In this document: one piece after another, positions 33,801 through 42,945 of the stretch
How the letters are laid out: each line of letters begins with the position of its first letter
Position numbering within the stretch: position 1 is the first letter of the stretch
From: Gemmatimonadaceae bacterium
GTDB taxonomy: Bacteria > Gemmatimonadota > Gemmatimonadetes > Gemmatimonadales > Gemmatimonadaceae
Assembly (NCBI GenBank): GCA_044224875.1
Contig: JBGAJQ010000005.1
Span: 78,317-142,316, forward strand
DNA: 64,000 bases
Direction: 5' to 3'
Notes under the pieces: generated by a model
Database searches by the model: none
What the model was told of the DNA's origin: nothing
Seen by the model: only the letters and a program-made list of their open reading frames with translations
Made by a program: the position numbers and the translations under genes

Positions 33801-34010
33801 GTGTTCAACCTGCTCAACTTCATCGACCACTCGCGCGGCCTGCTTCGCGAGGTCACGGCCAACGAGAGTGAGGCGCTCATCGATGTCCAGGGATGGGATG
33901 CCGCCGCCAAACGTCCGATCTATGCCCTCCGCCGGGCGCCGCCCGCCCCAGAAGTCCTCTCCGACCTCTCGCGGTGGAAGGTGCAACTCGGCCTGCGCTT
34001 CCGTCCATGA
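30873..34010 (+). CDS. Oar-like TonB-dependent receptor with N-terminal carboxypeptidase-regulatory-like domain
   Basis: VHGIVLD...VRGA.V; DVRYGGFTG..I...TRSGTN; YIQDRW; GDANAD....NDL; C-terminal SRWKVQLGLRF. Confidence 0.88.
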   Translation: MGANLMTVRRSSGRSAIGLAHWAVSGAFLLFSSPSKSPAQSADGTAAVHGIVLDAERRPVRGAAVVLQDSVQSIRYESSTNGEGRFAIELLPAGRPLRLTVRRLGLQPAERDLRSLEPGRILQLEVELEHSVGALPTVTIVSEVPRQEATGYGIPGDALRNLPLFNRSLNGLVQLVPQALGRGLPSFGSQNARFNTVRIDGTIGNDVFGMGLTPGNQAAAPTLSLEALAGVRVTMAPMDVRYGGFTGAAIELETRSGTNRRTMSVLTTYQQDALIGRYAGAPRAPSLDYSQVAVTAEGPIVRDRLHYLVTVDALRRDSAYQASASSNVPEVPPGMVERMRAAIIRRFGFDPGGEDVPITRQPSRSAFAKLSWTAAAHHAFDLSYHGIRASTDGFGRTAVDRGQGWMLSGSGYRVTTRVDALRASARSVFDHGRNETFASLQYSRDLRDSRIYAPLFVVRYTPPTEAYLAAGSFRNAQGTVLDQHQAELGNDVTLTWPRHELTVGGRLTRFSFVDNLLLLRWGAWVFPNIDSLEIGSPTRFDVGLASTAEGNGSVARFAAHVAAGYIQDRWSVGSRVQLTAGIRVERTTSDAPPTNARLLSPNSPLNVDTGLLPGTTRVLPRIGLVVSLDAAGRTRLRLGAGRFAALPPYVWISNAFLSTGLTQRTLTCVPTTGVPAPVADPGAIPTACTRSTLYVNSAPIVAVAPGTRFPADDRVVAAIDHGLGNGWTVTVDAMVGMARSALTVIDRNLTRTGTDAEGRELYGTYNGATALTQRVDGRIPAVFVYENYGNGDRSFSGSAQLSRRWGEHRFVQIGYTHSRAVERMTPTGRSGLASLQNTPIDGSAESRRRARSTYDVPHSLTALFATPLPRAFDISLTFRAQSGRPFSYIVRGDANADSLNANDLAWIPRDSADIRLANPASWDTLNAFIAKEPCLARQRGHLAARNSCRNPSFATMDLRLSRPWHSRLGTFELSADVFNLLNFIDHSRGLLREVTANESEALIDVQGWDAAAKRPIYALRRAPPAPEVLSDLSRWKVQLGLRFRP

Positions 34011-36421
34011 CCGACCGTCCGCATGACAACTCCCCTTCCTTCGACCGACGTGAGCCGCTAGCGTCACCGGTCATGTCGACGATGTGGATGCTGGGGCGGA
34101 TCGGACTCGCCAACGACGACGGGCGCGAGGTCGATGAGCTCCTCCGTCAGCCAAAACGACTGGCGTTGCTGGCATATTTGGCGTCTCCGGTGCCCGGCAC
34201 CTGGCACCGCCGCGATACGTTACTGGCCCATTTCTGGCCGGAGCTCGATGTGGCGCGGTCTCGGACCGCGCTCCGCAACGCGCTGTACGTGCTGCGGCGC
34301 CACTTGCCGGACGGTACCATCCGCACTCGCGGGGACGACGATGTCTCACTGGACCCGGCGATGCTCTCCACGGACGTCGCCTCCTTTCAGGATGCGTGCA
34401 ACGCCGGACGACACGAGGAAGCGTGCGGTGCGTATCACGGCGACCTCCTTCCCGGTCTGTTCGTGCAGGACGCGGAGGGATTCGAGAAGTGGCTGGACGA
34501 TGAGCGCCGCCGGCTGCGCCGTCTCGCGCACACGTCATCACTCGCGGTGGCCACACAACGCGAGTCCTCAGGTGACTGGCGTGGAGCTGCAGCGGCCTTG
34601 GGGCGCGCAGTGGAACTCGAGCCCGACGACGAGGCGAGCGCTCGGCGCCTCATGGCATTGTACGATGGCGTCGGAGATCGCGCGCAAGCCCTGGCCACCT
34701 TCGATACCCTCACGCGCCGGCTCGATGCCGAATTCGGCGCGAGTCCTTCGCCAGAAACGACGGCACTGGCCGCGGCGATCAAGCAGCGGCGCATCGCTGA
34801 CCCATCGATCGCCTCCGCTGTGACGGCAGCGGTTCCGGACTCGCTACCCGACTTCACGCCGCGCTCCGATCCGCGCACCGACGGTGTTGAGCCGACGACC
34901 CCAGGTGAACGCGGGGTGGCCGTGCCATCAGTCGACACGTCGCGGAAGCGCCAGTGGGCGTCTCGGCGGGTGCTGCTGCTGGCCGGTGGCGTGGTGATCG
35001 CGCTGCTTGCCTTTCGCCTAACGCGATCCGCCAATGCCACGCCGGCGGAACGTGCGCTCATGATCGGGCGCGTGCGCAACATGGCTGGGCCCTCATTTGA
35101 CTATGTCTCCGCCGGCCTCTCCACCGACCTGTCTCGGCGTCTCGGAGCCATTGAGGGTCTGCGGCTGGCCGCCGTCAGCTCCTTCGAGGTGGACTCGATT
35201 GCGGATACCTCCGTCGTCAGCGCCGGCCGGACCTTCGGAAGCCGCATCGTGCTCGACCTGCAGCTGGATCGCGACGGCGACAGTCTCCAGGTATCCACGA
35301 GTGCGTTGGACGTGACGAGCGGACGCCGGCGGGACCTGGGGCACGTCCGATTCACCGCCGCACGCATCCCTGATGCCGCGAGCCGGCTCGCAGCATCGGT
35401 GGCGGGAGCCATTCTGCGCGTTCCGCTGCCGGAACTGCCAGGCGCGCGGCCACCGACGTCGGATTCCTTGTCCTACCGGCTCACGATTCTGGGGTGGCGC
35501 GAGCAGATCGTCGGCAAACCCGCAACGGCGCGGCAACTCTTTGGCGACGCGATTGCGGCGGACCCCATGAATGCACGCGCGCAGGCGGGGTTGGCGTCTG
35601 CGTTCTCCGCGATGTCGTTCCAGGCTCAACTCCCCTGGCAGGACGGGTCACGGAGTGCCGTTGCAGCTGCAGAACGGGCGATCGCCCTGGATTCCACGCA
35701 AGCGTCGGCCTGGGGGACGTTGGGAATCTTTCGCGCATTGGACGGTAACCTGGCGGACGGTGTGGCACTGTTCCGCAAAGGGCTTCGCATGGAACCAGCC
35801 AATCCCGAAGTGCGTTGGGCTATGGAGGGGATGTATCGGCTGGCGTGGGAGTGGGACAAGGCGCTCGACGCGATCCGCATGGCACGCGCATTGTCTCCAC
35901 TCGACGTTCGATACGTCGCCATGGAAGCCGACGTCGACTTTTGCGCAGGCCGGCCAGACGATGCCTTGGCGACGCTGCGCGATGGACTTCGCACCGATCC
36001 CGGGAATCGTGCCTTTCGGCGAGCCGAAGCCCGTGCCTTGGCGGGACTTGGTCGCTGGGATGAGGCGCTGCAGGCGTGGCGTCGCGGCGTATCGCCACAG
36101 GACACCGTGCTCACCACGAGGCTCACCAAGGGTCGCGGCGAAGCGGACTACTGGGCGGCGGATTCTGTCGTCGCGGAACGCCAGCTGACGACGCTGGAGT
36201 TGGCGGCGCGCCAAGGGGGCTGGGTGTCTCTATGGAAGCTCGGCACGTTGCAGGTTGGAGCTGGTCGGGTAGAGGAGGGTCTGGCGACGCTCGAACGCCT
36301 GCGTGTGGCGCGAGAGGCCCCCGTCCTCAAGCTTCCCTGCAATCCCCTACTGGACCGCGCGCGGCGTGATCCGCGGTTCATCCAGTTGCTCGAACGAGTC
36401 GCGAAAGACCGTCCTCGCTGA
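34007..36421 (+). CDS. Transmembrane SARP/BTAD transcriptional activator with TolB-like and TPR regions
   Basis: QPKRLALLAYLA...RRDTLLAHFWPE...LRNALYVLR wHTH; BTAD (YHGDLLPG, FEKWLDDER, PSPET); TM RRVLLLAGGVVIALLAF; TPRs. ATGA overlap with the receptor stop. Confidence 0.88.
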   Translation: MTDRPHDNSPSFDRREPLASPVMSTMWMLGRIGLANDDGREVDELLRQPKRLALLAYLASPVPGTWHRRDTLLAHFWPELDVARSRTALRNALYVLRRHLPDGTIRTRGDDDVSLDPAMLSTDVASFQDACNAGRHEEACGAYHGDLLPGLFVQDAEGFEKWLDDERRRLRRLAHTSSLAVATQRESSGDWRGAAAALGRAVELEPDDEASARRLMALYDGVGDRAQALATFDTLTRRLDAEFGASPSPETTALAAAIKQRRIADPSIASAVTAAVPDSLPDFTPRSDPRTDGVEPTTPGERGVAVPSVDTSRKRQWASRRVLLLAGGVVIALLAFRLTRSANATPAERALMIGRVRNMAGPSFDYVSAGLSTDLSRRLGAIEGLRLAAVSSFEVDSIADTSVVSAGRTFGSRIVLDLQLDRDGDSLQVSTSALDVTSGRRRDLGHVRFTAARIPDAASRLAASVAGAILRVPLPELPGARPPTSDSLSYRLTILGWREQIVGKPATARQLFGDAIAADPMNARAQAGLASAFSAMSFQAQLPWQDGSRSAVAAAERAIALDSTQASAWGTLGIFRALDGNLADGVALFRKGLRMEPANPEVRWAMEGMYRLAWEWDKALDAIRMARALSPLDVRYVAMEADVDFCAGRPDDALATLRDGLRTDPGNRAFRRAEARALAGLGRWDEALQAWRRGVSPQDTVLTTRLTKGRGEADYWAADSVVAERQLTTLELAARQGGWVSLWKLGTLQVGAGRVEEGLATLERLRVAREAPVLKLPCNPLLDRARRDPRFIQLLERVAKDRPR

Positions 36422-36572
36422 GCCGGACTCCGCGGTGGGGTGCTGAACAACGCGCTCGCGCCGTCTTCCAAACGTCACCTGCAATTCCTAACGGCTGCGA
36501 GGCGTTGGCGAGACGCCACGCGTGCATGATCGGGTCGTTGTCGATCGTCGCATCCTCTGACCCGCTCCTCGC

Positions 36573-37406
36573 ATGCGCCCTCCCTGCAGTGCTTTCGGTG
36601 AACGACTCGCTTCCGCAGCCCTGATTCTGATGCCGCTCATACTGCTTGGTGCTTGCCGCGGCTCGGACTCGCGCATTGTCGATCCAGTCCCAATACGCGT
36701 CGTCCCGCCATCCTTCGCCCTCATGCGCATGGTCGGACCGCAGTGGCTGGTTTCTGGAAGTGCCGCCAGATACTCGGCGTTGGTGGACAGAGCGGACCGC
36801 GGCCGTTGGAGCTGGTCATCATCGGATCCAGCGTTACAGCTCATTTCCACCATCGACTCCGACACGGCAGTCGTCTTGGCGCGTTTACCCGGGACAGTGA
36901 TTTTGAGCGTGTCAGCGGCCGCTACGGATACCGCGCGCCGCGCGATCACCGTGTTGCCGCGGCCGACGAGTTCGACGCCCATAGAACAATCCCCCGTCGA
37001 AGCGTCGTGGGCGTTCCGCTTGATGCGCCTCCGTGCCGATCCGACGGGCGATTACCAGGATAGCTACGCACCGTTGGTGGAGCTCAAGCCGCGTGTGGCT
37101 GGCGATCTCTGGATTCTCGAGGCGACGATCGAGCTTCCCGGCGTGTCGTTGGTGAAGAGTCGCTGCTCGACGAACCGGAAACTTGGCACTGGCGCGCAAC
37201 TGTTCGGACTTGGGGATGGTGTGTGGCTCGGCGCGCCAGCTACCGATGATGAGGCGGTCGCCGCGCCAGTGTTGCATCTGGTCGTGATGGACTCGACGGG
37301 GGCTACGACGCAAGTCAGTCTCACCGGGACAGTGGTGCCCTATGATTTCGCGCTCGTCCCCACAACGCAATACCGAACGATGGACGAAGCCTGGTACTGT
37401 CGCTGA
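36573..37406 (+). CDS. RCSTNR-motif lipoprotein, paralog 1
   Basis: Lipobox LLGAC; GPQWLVSG, WSWSSSDP, TVLPRP, ILEATIELPGV, RCSTNR, PVLHL. Confidence 0.75.
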   Translation: MRPPCSAFGERLASAALILMPLILLGACRGSDSRIVDPVPIRVVPPSFALMRMVGPQWLVSGSAARYSALVDRADRGRWSWSSSDPALQLISTIDSDTAVVLARLPGTVILSVSAAATDTARRAITVLPRPTSSTPIEQSPVEASWAFRLMRLRADPTGDYQDSYAPLVELKPRVAGDLWILEATIELPGVSLVKSRCSTNRKLGTGAQLFGLGDGVWLGAPATDDEAVAAPVLHLVVMDSTGATTQVSLTGTVVPYDFALVPTTQYRTMDEAWYCR

Positions 37407-37524
37407 ACGTCGGGCCCCGTCTCATGACCGCGACCACGGAGCAGATGACGTTCGCGTGACGGCGGAGAGACTCGTCCCATGCATGATCGGACGTCCTCGT
37501 GCGATCCCACCTTTCACCTTCGTG

Positions 37525-38373
37525 ATGCTCGTGCGCACCTTCTACTCATTTCGCCCCGGCCGCTACGCGGTCGCGAGCCTGCTCGTGAGCCTCGCTGCCT
37601 GCGGCGGGTCGGACTCGGGCGTTGTCAACCCATACCCAGCCCCTGTCGTTCCCCCGGCATTTCCGTCGTTGCTGTCGCTGCACGGCCCAACGTGGCTGGT
37701 ATCGGGAACGCACGCGTCCTATCGCGCGAGCGTGGACTTCAACGGGACCGGATCGTGCTGTGGCCTAGGTTGGAGCTGGTCGTCGTCCGACCCGGCGGTG
37801 CAGGTGTCCTGGGCGCTCGGCCCCGAGGCGAACGTACAGGCCGGCGCCGCTGGCAGCGCCTCGCTGCGTGTCTGGGCGTTCGGAACAGATACCGCGAACA
37901 CGAACATTACCGTCCTGCCGCGACCGGTGGCGGCGACGCCGATGGAACAGACGCCGGTTGTCGTGGCGTCATTTCGCCTGTTGCAGCTGAAAACCGGGCA
38001 GTCGGACGTCTTCTTCTTTCCACTGGTGAATCTCGCGCAACGCGTGCCTGGCGACAACTGGATCCTGGAGGCGACGGTCGAGCTTCCCGGTGTTTCGCTA
38101 CAGTCCAGTCGCTGCTCCACGAATCGGAAGGTGGGAGAAGGCGGCCCATTGTTTGGCTTGGTTGGCGGATACTACGGTGATCCGGAGCTGCTGATGCAGG
38201 CGGACAGCTCCGCCCGTGCCACCGGCAACCCAGTGTTGCATCTGATCCTGACGGATGCCCTGGGTACCCGCACGACAGAAGTCAAAGTCACGGGGACCCT
38301 GCTGCCATACGACGTCTTCCTCATTCCTGAATCGCGCTACCTGAAAGCCGACGAAGCCTGGTTCTGCGACTGA
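37525..38373 (+). CDS. RCSTNR-motif lipoprotein, paralog 2
   Basis: Lipobox SLAAC; same motif series as paralog 1. Start inferred. Confidence 0.75.
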   Translation: MLVRTFYSFRPGRYAVASLLVSLAACGGSDSGVVNPYPAPVVPPAFPSLLSLHGPTWLVSGTHASYRASVDFNGTGSCCGLGWSWSSSDPAVQVSWALGPEANVQAGAAGSASLRVWAFGTDTANTNITVLPRPVAATPMEQTPVVVASFRLLQLKTGQSDVFFFPLVNLAQRVPGDNWILEATVELPGVSLQSSRCSTNRKVGEGGPLFGLVGGYYGDPELLMQADSSARATGNPVLHLILTDALGTRTTEVKVTGTLLPYDVFLIPESRYLKADEAWFCD

Positions 38374-38443
38374 ACTCAAGAGTCGGAAGGAGCAAGAGTT
38401 GGATGTTGTCGGTCGCCTTCCTAACGCTCAACCGGAGACTTTC

Positions 38444-39283
38444 GTGCGCCACCAGTGCTTCGTGAGTCGCCGTTCGTTGTCCACGGTGCTGCTGCTAGTC
38501 ACGCTCGGTGCTTGCCACGATGCAGACGGCCCGGGTGTCGTCGACCCCCTTCCGGTGCCGGCTCCCAAGGCTGCCCTCGTGCCGTTGGCTCTCCATGGCC
38601 CAACATGGTTGGTATCGGGTGCGCCAGCCGCATTCTGGTCCAGCTTCTCCCAGAATGTGCCGCAAGGATTCAACCCCAGTGGTTGGAGCTGGGCATCCTC
38701 CGATGCGGATGTGCTGTCGTTCGGCTTCGTCGCTTCGTGGGCGGTTGTTCAAGCAGGGGTAACAGGCACGGCCTGGCTGAGTGCGTCCGGCTTCCTGAGC
38801 GATACGGCGCGTAAGCTCGTCACGGTGCTACCGCGGCCGACCGAAACCACCCCAATAGAGCAGGCGCCGATCACAGCCTCGTCCTTTCGACTGCTCCAGC
38901 TGAACACCGGGCAATCCGATGTCTACTTCACGCCGTTGGTCGATGTCGCGGCACGCCTCGCCGGCGATCCCGTGATTCTCGAAGCAACGATCGATCTTCC
39001 GGGGGTTCCCCTCACGCTGAATCGCTGCTCGACGAACCGCAGGGTCGGCCGGGGCGGACCATTGTTCGGAGAGAGTTATGGCGACCAGGAACTCTGGCTT
39101 CAGGCAGATTCGACAGCCCACGCCACGGGGAATCCGGTGTTGCACCTGATAGTCCTCGACGCGGTGGGACGCGCCACGCGGATCAGTCTCCCAGGCACCG
39201 TCATGCCTTTCGACGCGACGCTCATGCCGCCGTCCAGATATCTTGGCGTAGACGATGGCTGGTCCTGCGGCTCGGCACCCTAG
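38444..39283 (+). CDS. RCSTNR-motif lipoprotein, paralog 3
   Basis: GGAG RBS then GTG 38444; lipobox TLGAC; same motif series. Confidence 0.75.
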   Translation: MRHQCFVSRRSLSTVLLLVTLGACHDADGPGVVDPLPVPAPKAALVPLALHGPTWLVSGAPAAFWSSFSQNVPQGFNPSGWSWASSDADVLSFGFVASWAVVQAGVTGTAWLSASGFLSDTARKLVTVLPRPTETTPIEQAPITASSFRLLQLNTGQSDVYFTPLVDVAARLAGDPVILEATIDLPGVPLTLNRCSTNRRVGRGGPLFGESYGDQELWLQADSTAHATGNPVLHLIVLDAVGRATRISLPGTVMPFDATLMPPSRYLGVDDGWSCGSAP

Positions 39284-39813
39284 GGGAAGAGGGAGAGGCC
39301 CAGTACGATCGGTCCATTCCGGGAGCGGCTCGCCCCGATCAATGGCTGTTGCACGGCGCTTCTTACGCCAGTATGAGCCGGATGCGGCTGTCCAACGCGC
39401 CGATTCGGGCGCGCCGTTCGTTCCGGCGACCGTCGGTTTTGGGGTTGATCGGGCCTGTCATGCGAGGGCGCCTAGGAAGCCCCATGCTCGCCCAACCGAC
39501 GGAGGAAAACAGCTTGAGACCAACATTAGCCCTTTCATATCTCCGAAGGAGGGACGTGAGGCCCCGGTGTCAGGCGTTCGCGTCCATCGACAGAAGGAGA
39601 CGTCTGGGCCTAGGCGATGTTGCAGCAGGTCGACACATCGAGGCGGCGCCAGCGGACACGGGGGCTTGAAGGCGTTGGACCTGGCCGGAGAAGCTTCCCG
39701 CACATTCGCTCCGATTCGAGCTGTTACCTCCGTTCACCCTGTTCCTCTCCCCCGCGCGCGGTTAGCTTCGCCGACGCGGGCGCGACTCGAACATACCTTG
39801 CGGAGGACGTGGC

Positions 39814-42375
39814 ATGCGGATGACGATGGCGCTTCCCGCGGCGGCGGCGATTTTGCTCGCCGCCTGTACCGACGCACCGAGCAGCGTGCGCTCGCCCATT
39901 TCACCCTCGGCAGCGACGGCGGCTTCTGAATCGATGGGATTCGGCAGCCACAACGTACCGCCGCGTGTTGTCCCGACCGTTCCAATGGCTGCGGCAGCGC
40001 GCGCGTCTGGGACATCGTCGGCCCCCGGACCAATCGTCTACCATTCACCGGGGCGAGTCATTCCGCAGCCCAAGGTGGCGACTATCTATTGGAGCAACAG
40101 CGTCGTTTACGCTGGCGGGCCGGCGCCCGGCACAAACGGCGTCGGGACGGGTGACGGATCGGTTGTCGGCAGTTTCCTTCGCTCGTTAGGTGGTTCGTCG
40201 TACTGGAGCATCCTGAACGACTACACGGACAACGTGGGCGCGCCACATCGCGTGGGGAACACCCTGAACTACACGCGTTTCATGGCAAACAACGCCGGCG
40301 CGCCTGCGCCCGGCGCCGTGGTCAGCGACGCATCGATTCGCACGATGTTGAAGTCGGTGGTCGGAACGGCGACGCTTCCGTTCGACCAGCAGACGATCTA
40401 CGTCGTGTTTGCGGGCACGGCCGTCAACCTGGGTGGCGGGTTCGGGACAACGTACTGTTCGTACCACGGCTTCTTCGCCCGGCCGAACAATCCTGGCCAG
40501 TGGATCCTGTATGCGGTGATGCCATACGCCGCGGACCAGGTGGGCGTGTGTACGGCGATCAATACGCCGGGAACCGGATCTCCCAATGACTTCGCCTCCG
40601 ACGCCGAGGTGAACCTGCTCGCCGCGACCCTCGACGGTTCGTACACCGACCCCGGTGCGAACGCGTGGTTCGACGCCGGTGGCCTCGAGAACGCGTCGAT
40701 GTGTGCGTGGCAATTCACGCCAACATTCACGGCGGCGAATGGCTCCACGGCGAACGTGACGTTAGGTGGCAAGGACTACCTGATCCAGCAGAACTGGCGC
40801 ATTGGCCCGAACGTGGGAAGCCAGATCGGGTGTTCGCTCGCTGGCAGCGTCCCGTTGATCAGTTTGTCGCCCACCACCCTGACGTTCAACGCGATCCAGA
40901 ATCAGGGCAATCCCTCCAGCCAGTTCAGCGTGATCACGAACGGCGGTGGCGGAACGCTCAACGGCCTAAGTCTCGGGACGATTACGTACGGGCCAGGCGC
41001 GACGGGGTGGCTGCAAGCCCCGGTGCTCAGCTCACCGACCGCCAACCCATCGGCGACCGTCACGGTACAGCCGACAACGGGGGCCCTCGCTGCCGGCTCG
41101 TACACGGCCGCCATTCCGGTGTTGTCCACCGCAGCCTCGAACTCGCCGCAGAAGGTCTCGATCGTCTTCAACATTGCACCCGCGGTGGCATCCGTCACGG
41201 TCGCTCCATCGTCGGCGAACGTGGCAGTTGGCGCCACCCAGCAACTGACCGCCACCCTGAAGGACGCCAATGGCAACGTCCTGACGGGCCGACAGGTTCA
41301 GTGGTCCTCACCGAATGTGGCCATCGCCACCGTCGGCTCGACCGGATTGGTGACCGGTGTCGCCGCCGGTGGTCCGATCAACATCTCGGCAACATCCGAG
41401 GGCGTGAGCGGCACCTCGGCCATCACGGTCACGAGCGGAGGCGTTACCTCCGTGGTCGTCACGCCGAGTTCTGGTTCACTTCGTGGATCCACGCCAGGCT
41501 TCGGGTGGACGCAGCAACTGTCCGCGGTCGTCAACGGACCACCAGGGGTGGACCAGACCGTTACGTGGGCTTCTGGCAACAGCAACATCGCCAGCGTGTC
41601 GGTGAGCGGACTCGTCGTGGCGAACGCGGCTGGGCAGACGCAGATCACGGCGACCTCTGTCGCGGACCCGACCAAGTTTGGGACCTATGACGTGACGGTC
41701 GTCGACGGCTGCACCAACATCATGCCCGTGCCAGTCGGCTACACAATGCCGACGACCTTCCTCTGCGCGAGCGGCAGGGACAACTATTCATATACGGCGC
41801 CGACCAACACGTGGGTGCAGCTCGAGGCGGCGATGTTCGCGCAGAACGGATGCGGAGCGTTCTTCACCCCATTCGAGTACGTCGTGGGCATCTTGAGCAC
41901 GTCCCGCGCCTACTCGCGCAGCTGCTCCCTTACCCAGACTGCGTTTGCGTTCGTGCGCGCAGGCCCGAATCGGTTCAACCTGCAGAAGGGGACGAATCCG
42001 TTTGCCTTCCAGTACTTCTATACCGGCGCCAGGCTCACGACAATCAGTGGGCTGCCCGTCTGCACGCCGTTTTCCTCAGACTACGGTGTCACGTTCAGTG
42101 TCACCCTCACCGTGAGCTGCACGTCGCACCTCGCGCTACTCGCGGCGCGCGTCGGCAGCGTAGGAATCTCCGCCACGTCGGCCACCATGGCCGTGACCAT
42201 CGACTTCATCAACAACAGCACAGGCACCGTCGTGGCCACAGCCACATCGGCAGGAGCGGGGGCCACGGCCACGATTCCGCTTCAGGCAACAGCGCTTTCG
42301 GATGCCTACAACGTGAGGATCCTCCCGGCAGTGCCGGGCAACACAGGCACGGTGTCGGTGACCATCACCCCGTAG
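39814..42375 (+). CDS. Surface lipoprotein: EXORDIUM/Phi-1-like domain, BACON-like domain and two Big_2 Ig-like domains
   Basis: Lipobox LLAAC; IVYH.PG.V...IYW, YW.IL.DY.D, YCSYH, TDP..NAWFD..GLEN..C.W, YLIQQNW; VASVTVAP...TQQLTATLKD...W.S....ATV...GLVTGV. Confidence 0.8.
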   Translation: MRMTMALPAAAAILLAACTDAPSSVRSPISPSAATAASESMGFGSHNVPPRVVPTVPMAAAARASGTSSAPGPIVYHSPGRVIPQPKVATIYWSNSVVYAGGPAPGTNGVGTGDGSVVGSFLRSLGGSSYWSILNDYTDNVGAPHRVGNTLNYTRFMANNAGAPAPGAVVSDASIRTMLKSVVGTATLPFDQQTIYVVFAGTAVNLGGGFGTTYCSYHGFFARPNNPGQWILYAVMPYAADQVGVCTAINTPGTGSPNDFASDAEVNLLAATLDGSYTDPGANAWFDAGGLENASMCAWQFTPTFTAANGSTANVTLGGKDYLIQQNWRIGPNVGSQIGCSLAGSVPLISLSPTTLTFNAIQNQGNPSSQFSVITNGGGGTLNGLSLGTITYGPGATGWLQAPVLSSPTANPSATVTVQPTTGALAAGSYTAAIPVLSTAASNSPQKVSIVFNIAPAVASVTVAPSSANVAVGATQQLTATLKDANGNVLTGRQVQWSSPNVAIATVGSTGLVTGVAAGGPINISATSEGVSGTSAITVTSGGVTSVVVTPSSGSLRGSTPGFGWTQQLSAVVNGPPGVDQTVTWASGNSNIASVSVSGLVVANAAGQTQITATSVADPTKFGTYDVTVVDGCTNIMPVPVGYTMPTTFLCASGRDNYSYTAPTNTWVQLEAAMFAQNGCGAFFTPFEYVVGILSTSRAYSRSCSLTQTAFAFVRAGPNRFNLQKGTNPFAFQYFYTGARLTTISGLPVCTPFSSDYGVTFSVTLTVSCTSHLALLAARVGSVGISATSATMAVTIDFINNSTGTVVATATSAGAGATATIPLQATALSDAYNVRILPAVPGNTGTVSVTITP

Positions 42376-42945
42376 TCGCGCCCGTCAGCAGCGACCGGGA
42401 GGCTCACCGAGCACTGGCCGCATGTTGACAGCGAAGGCGATGCAGGTGTCCGACGGCTCGGGCGCTTGCATCGCCTCGTCGCAGTGTGTGCTACCGAACT
42501 CGGGGCCCTCTGGCCGACCGAGCACGACCTCAGGTGTCGCTCCCATTGCGTCGGCAGCCGCCGGTTACCGCGACGGCGTTTTCGACTGTTGCGGCTGCTG
42601 GTCCTGGACATCCTAACGGAACGAGTGAAAGTGCCAGCGCCAGCTCGGAAGCCGAGCCTCGCGATCACTGGCTGTGACACAGTATACCCGACTCGTCGAA
42701 CACGGCGCCTTCGCGCGGCGCGCGTGACGCCGGGGCCATGCGTCGGTGCAGGATCTCGTGCGGCGTGTCAAGGACTGACGGATCCGCACTTCCACGGGAT
42801 CACTGAACGCGAAGGCACCGAAGCGAAACCACCAACACCAGAGGAGCCTCGCCAGAGGGTTGCACATAGACCCATCTGGGGTGGCCATAACCCCGTTCAT
42901 ACCCAGCCATTTGCGCACGGGTGGGACCGGTGCTTATCTCTGCTC

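Noticed and set aside
42466..42945. Long N-terminal extension of the second kinase, and possible gene fragments in this spacer
   Set aside because: Arg/Pro-rich sequence with no recognisable domain; kinase similarity starts near 42946.
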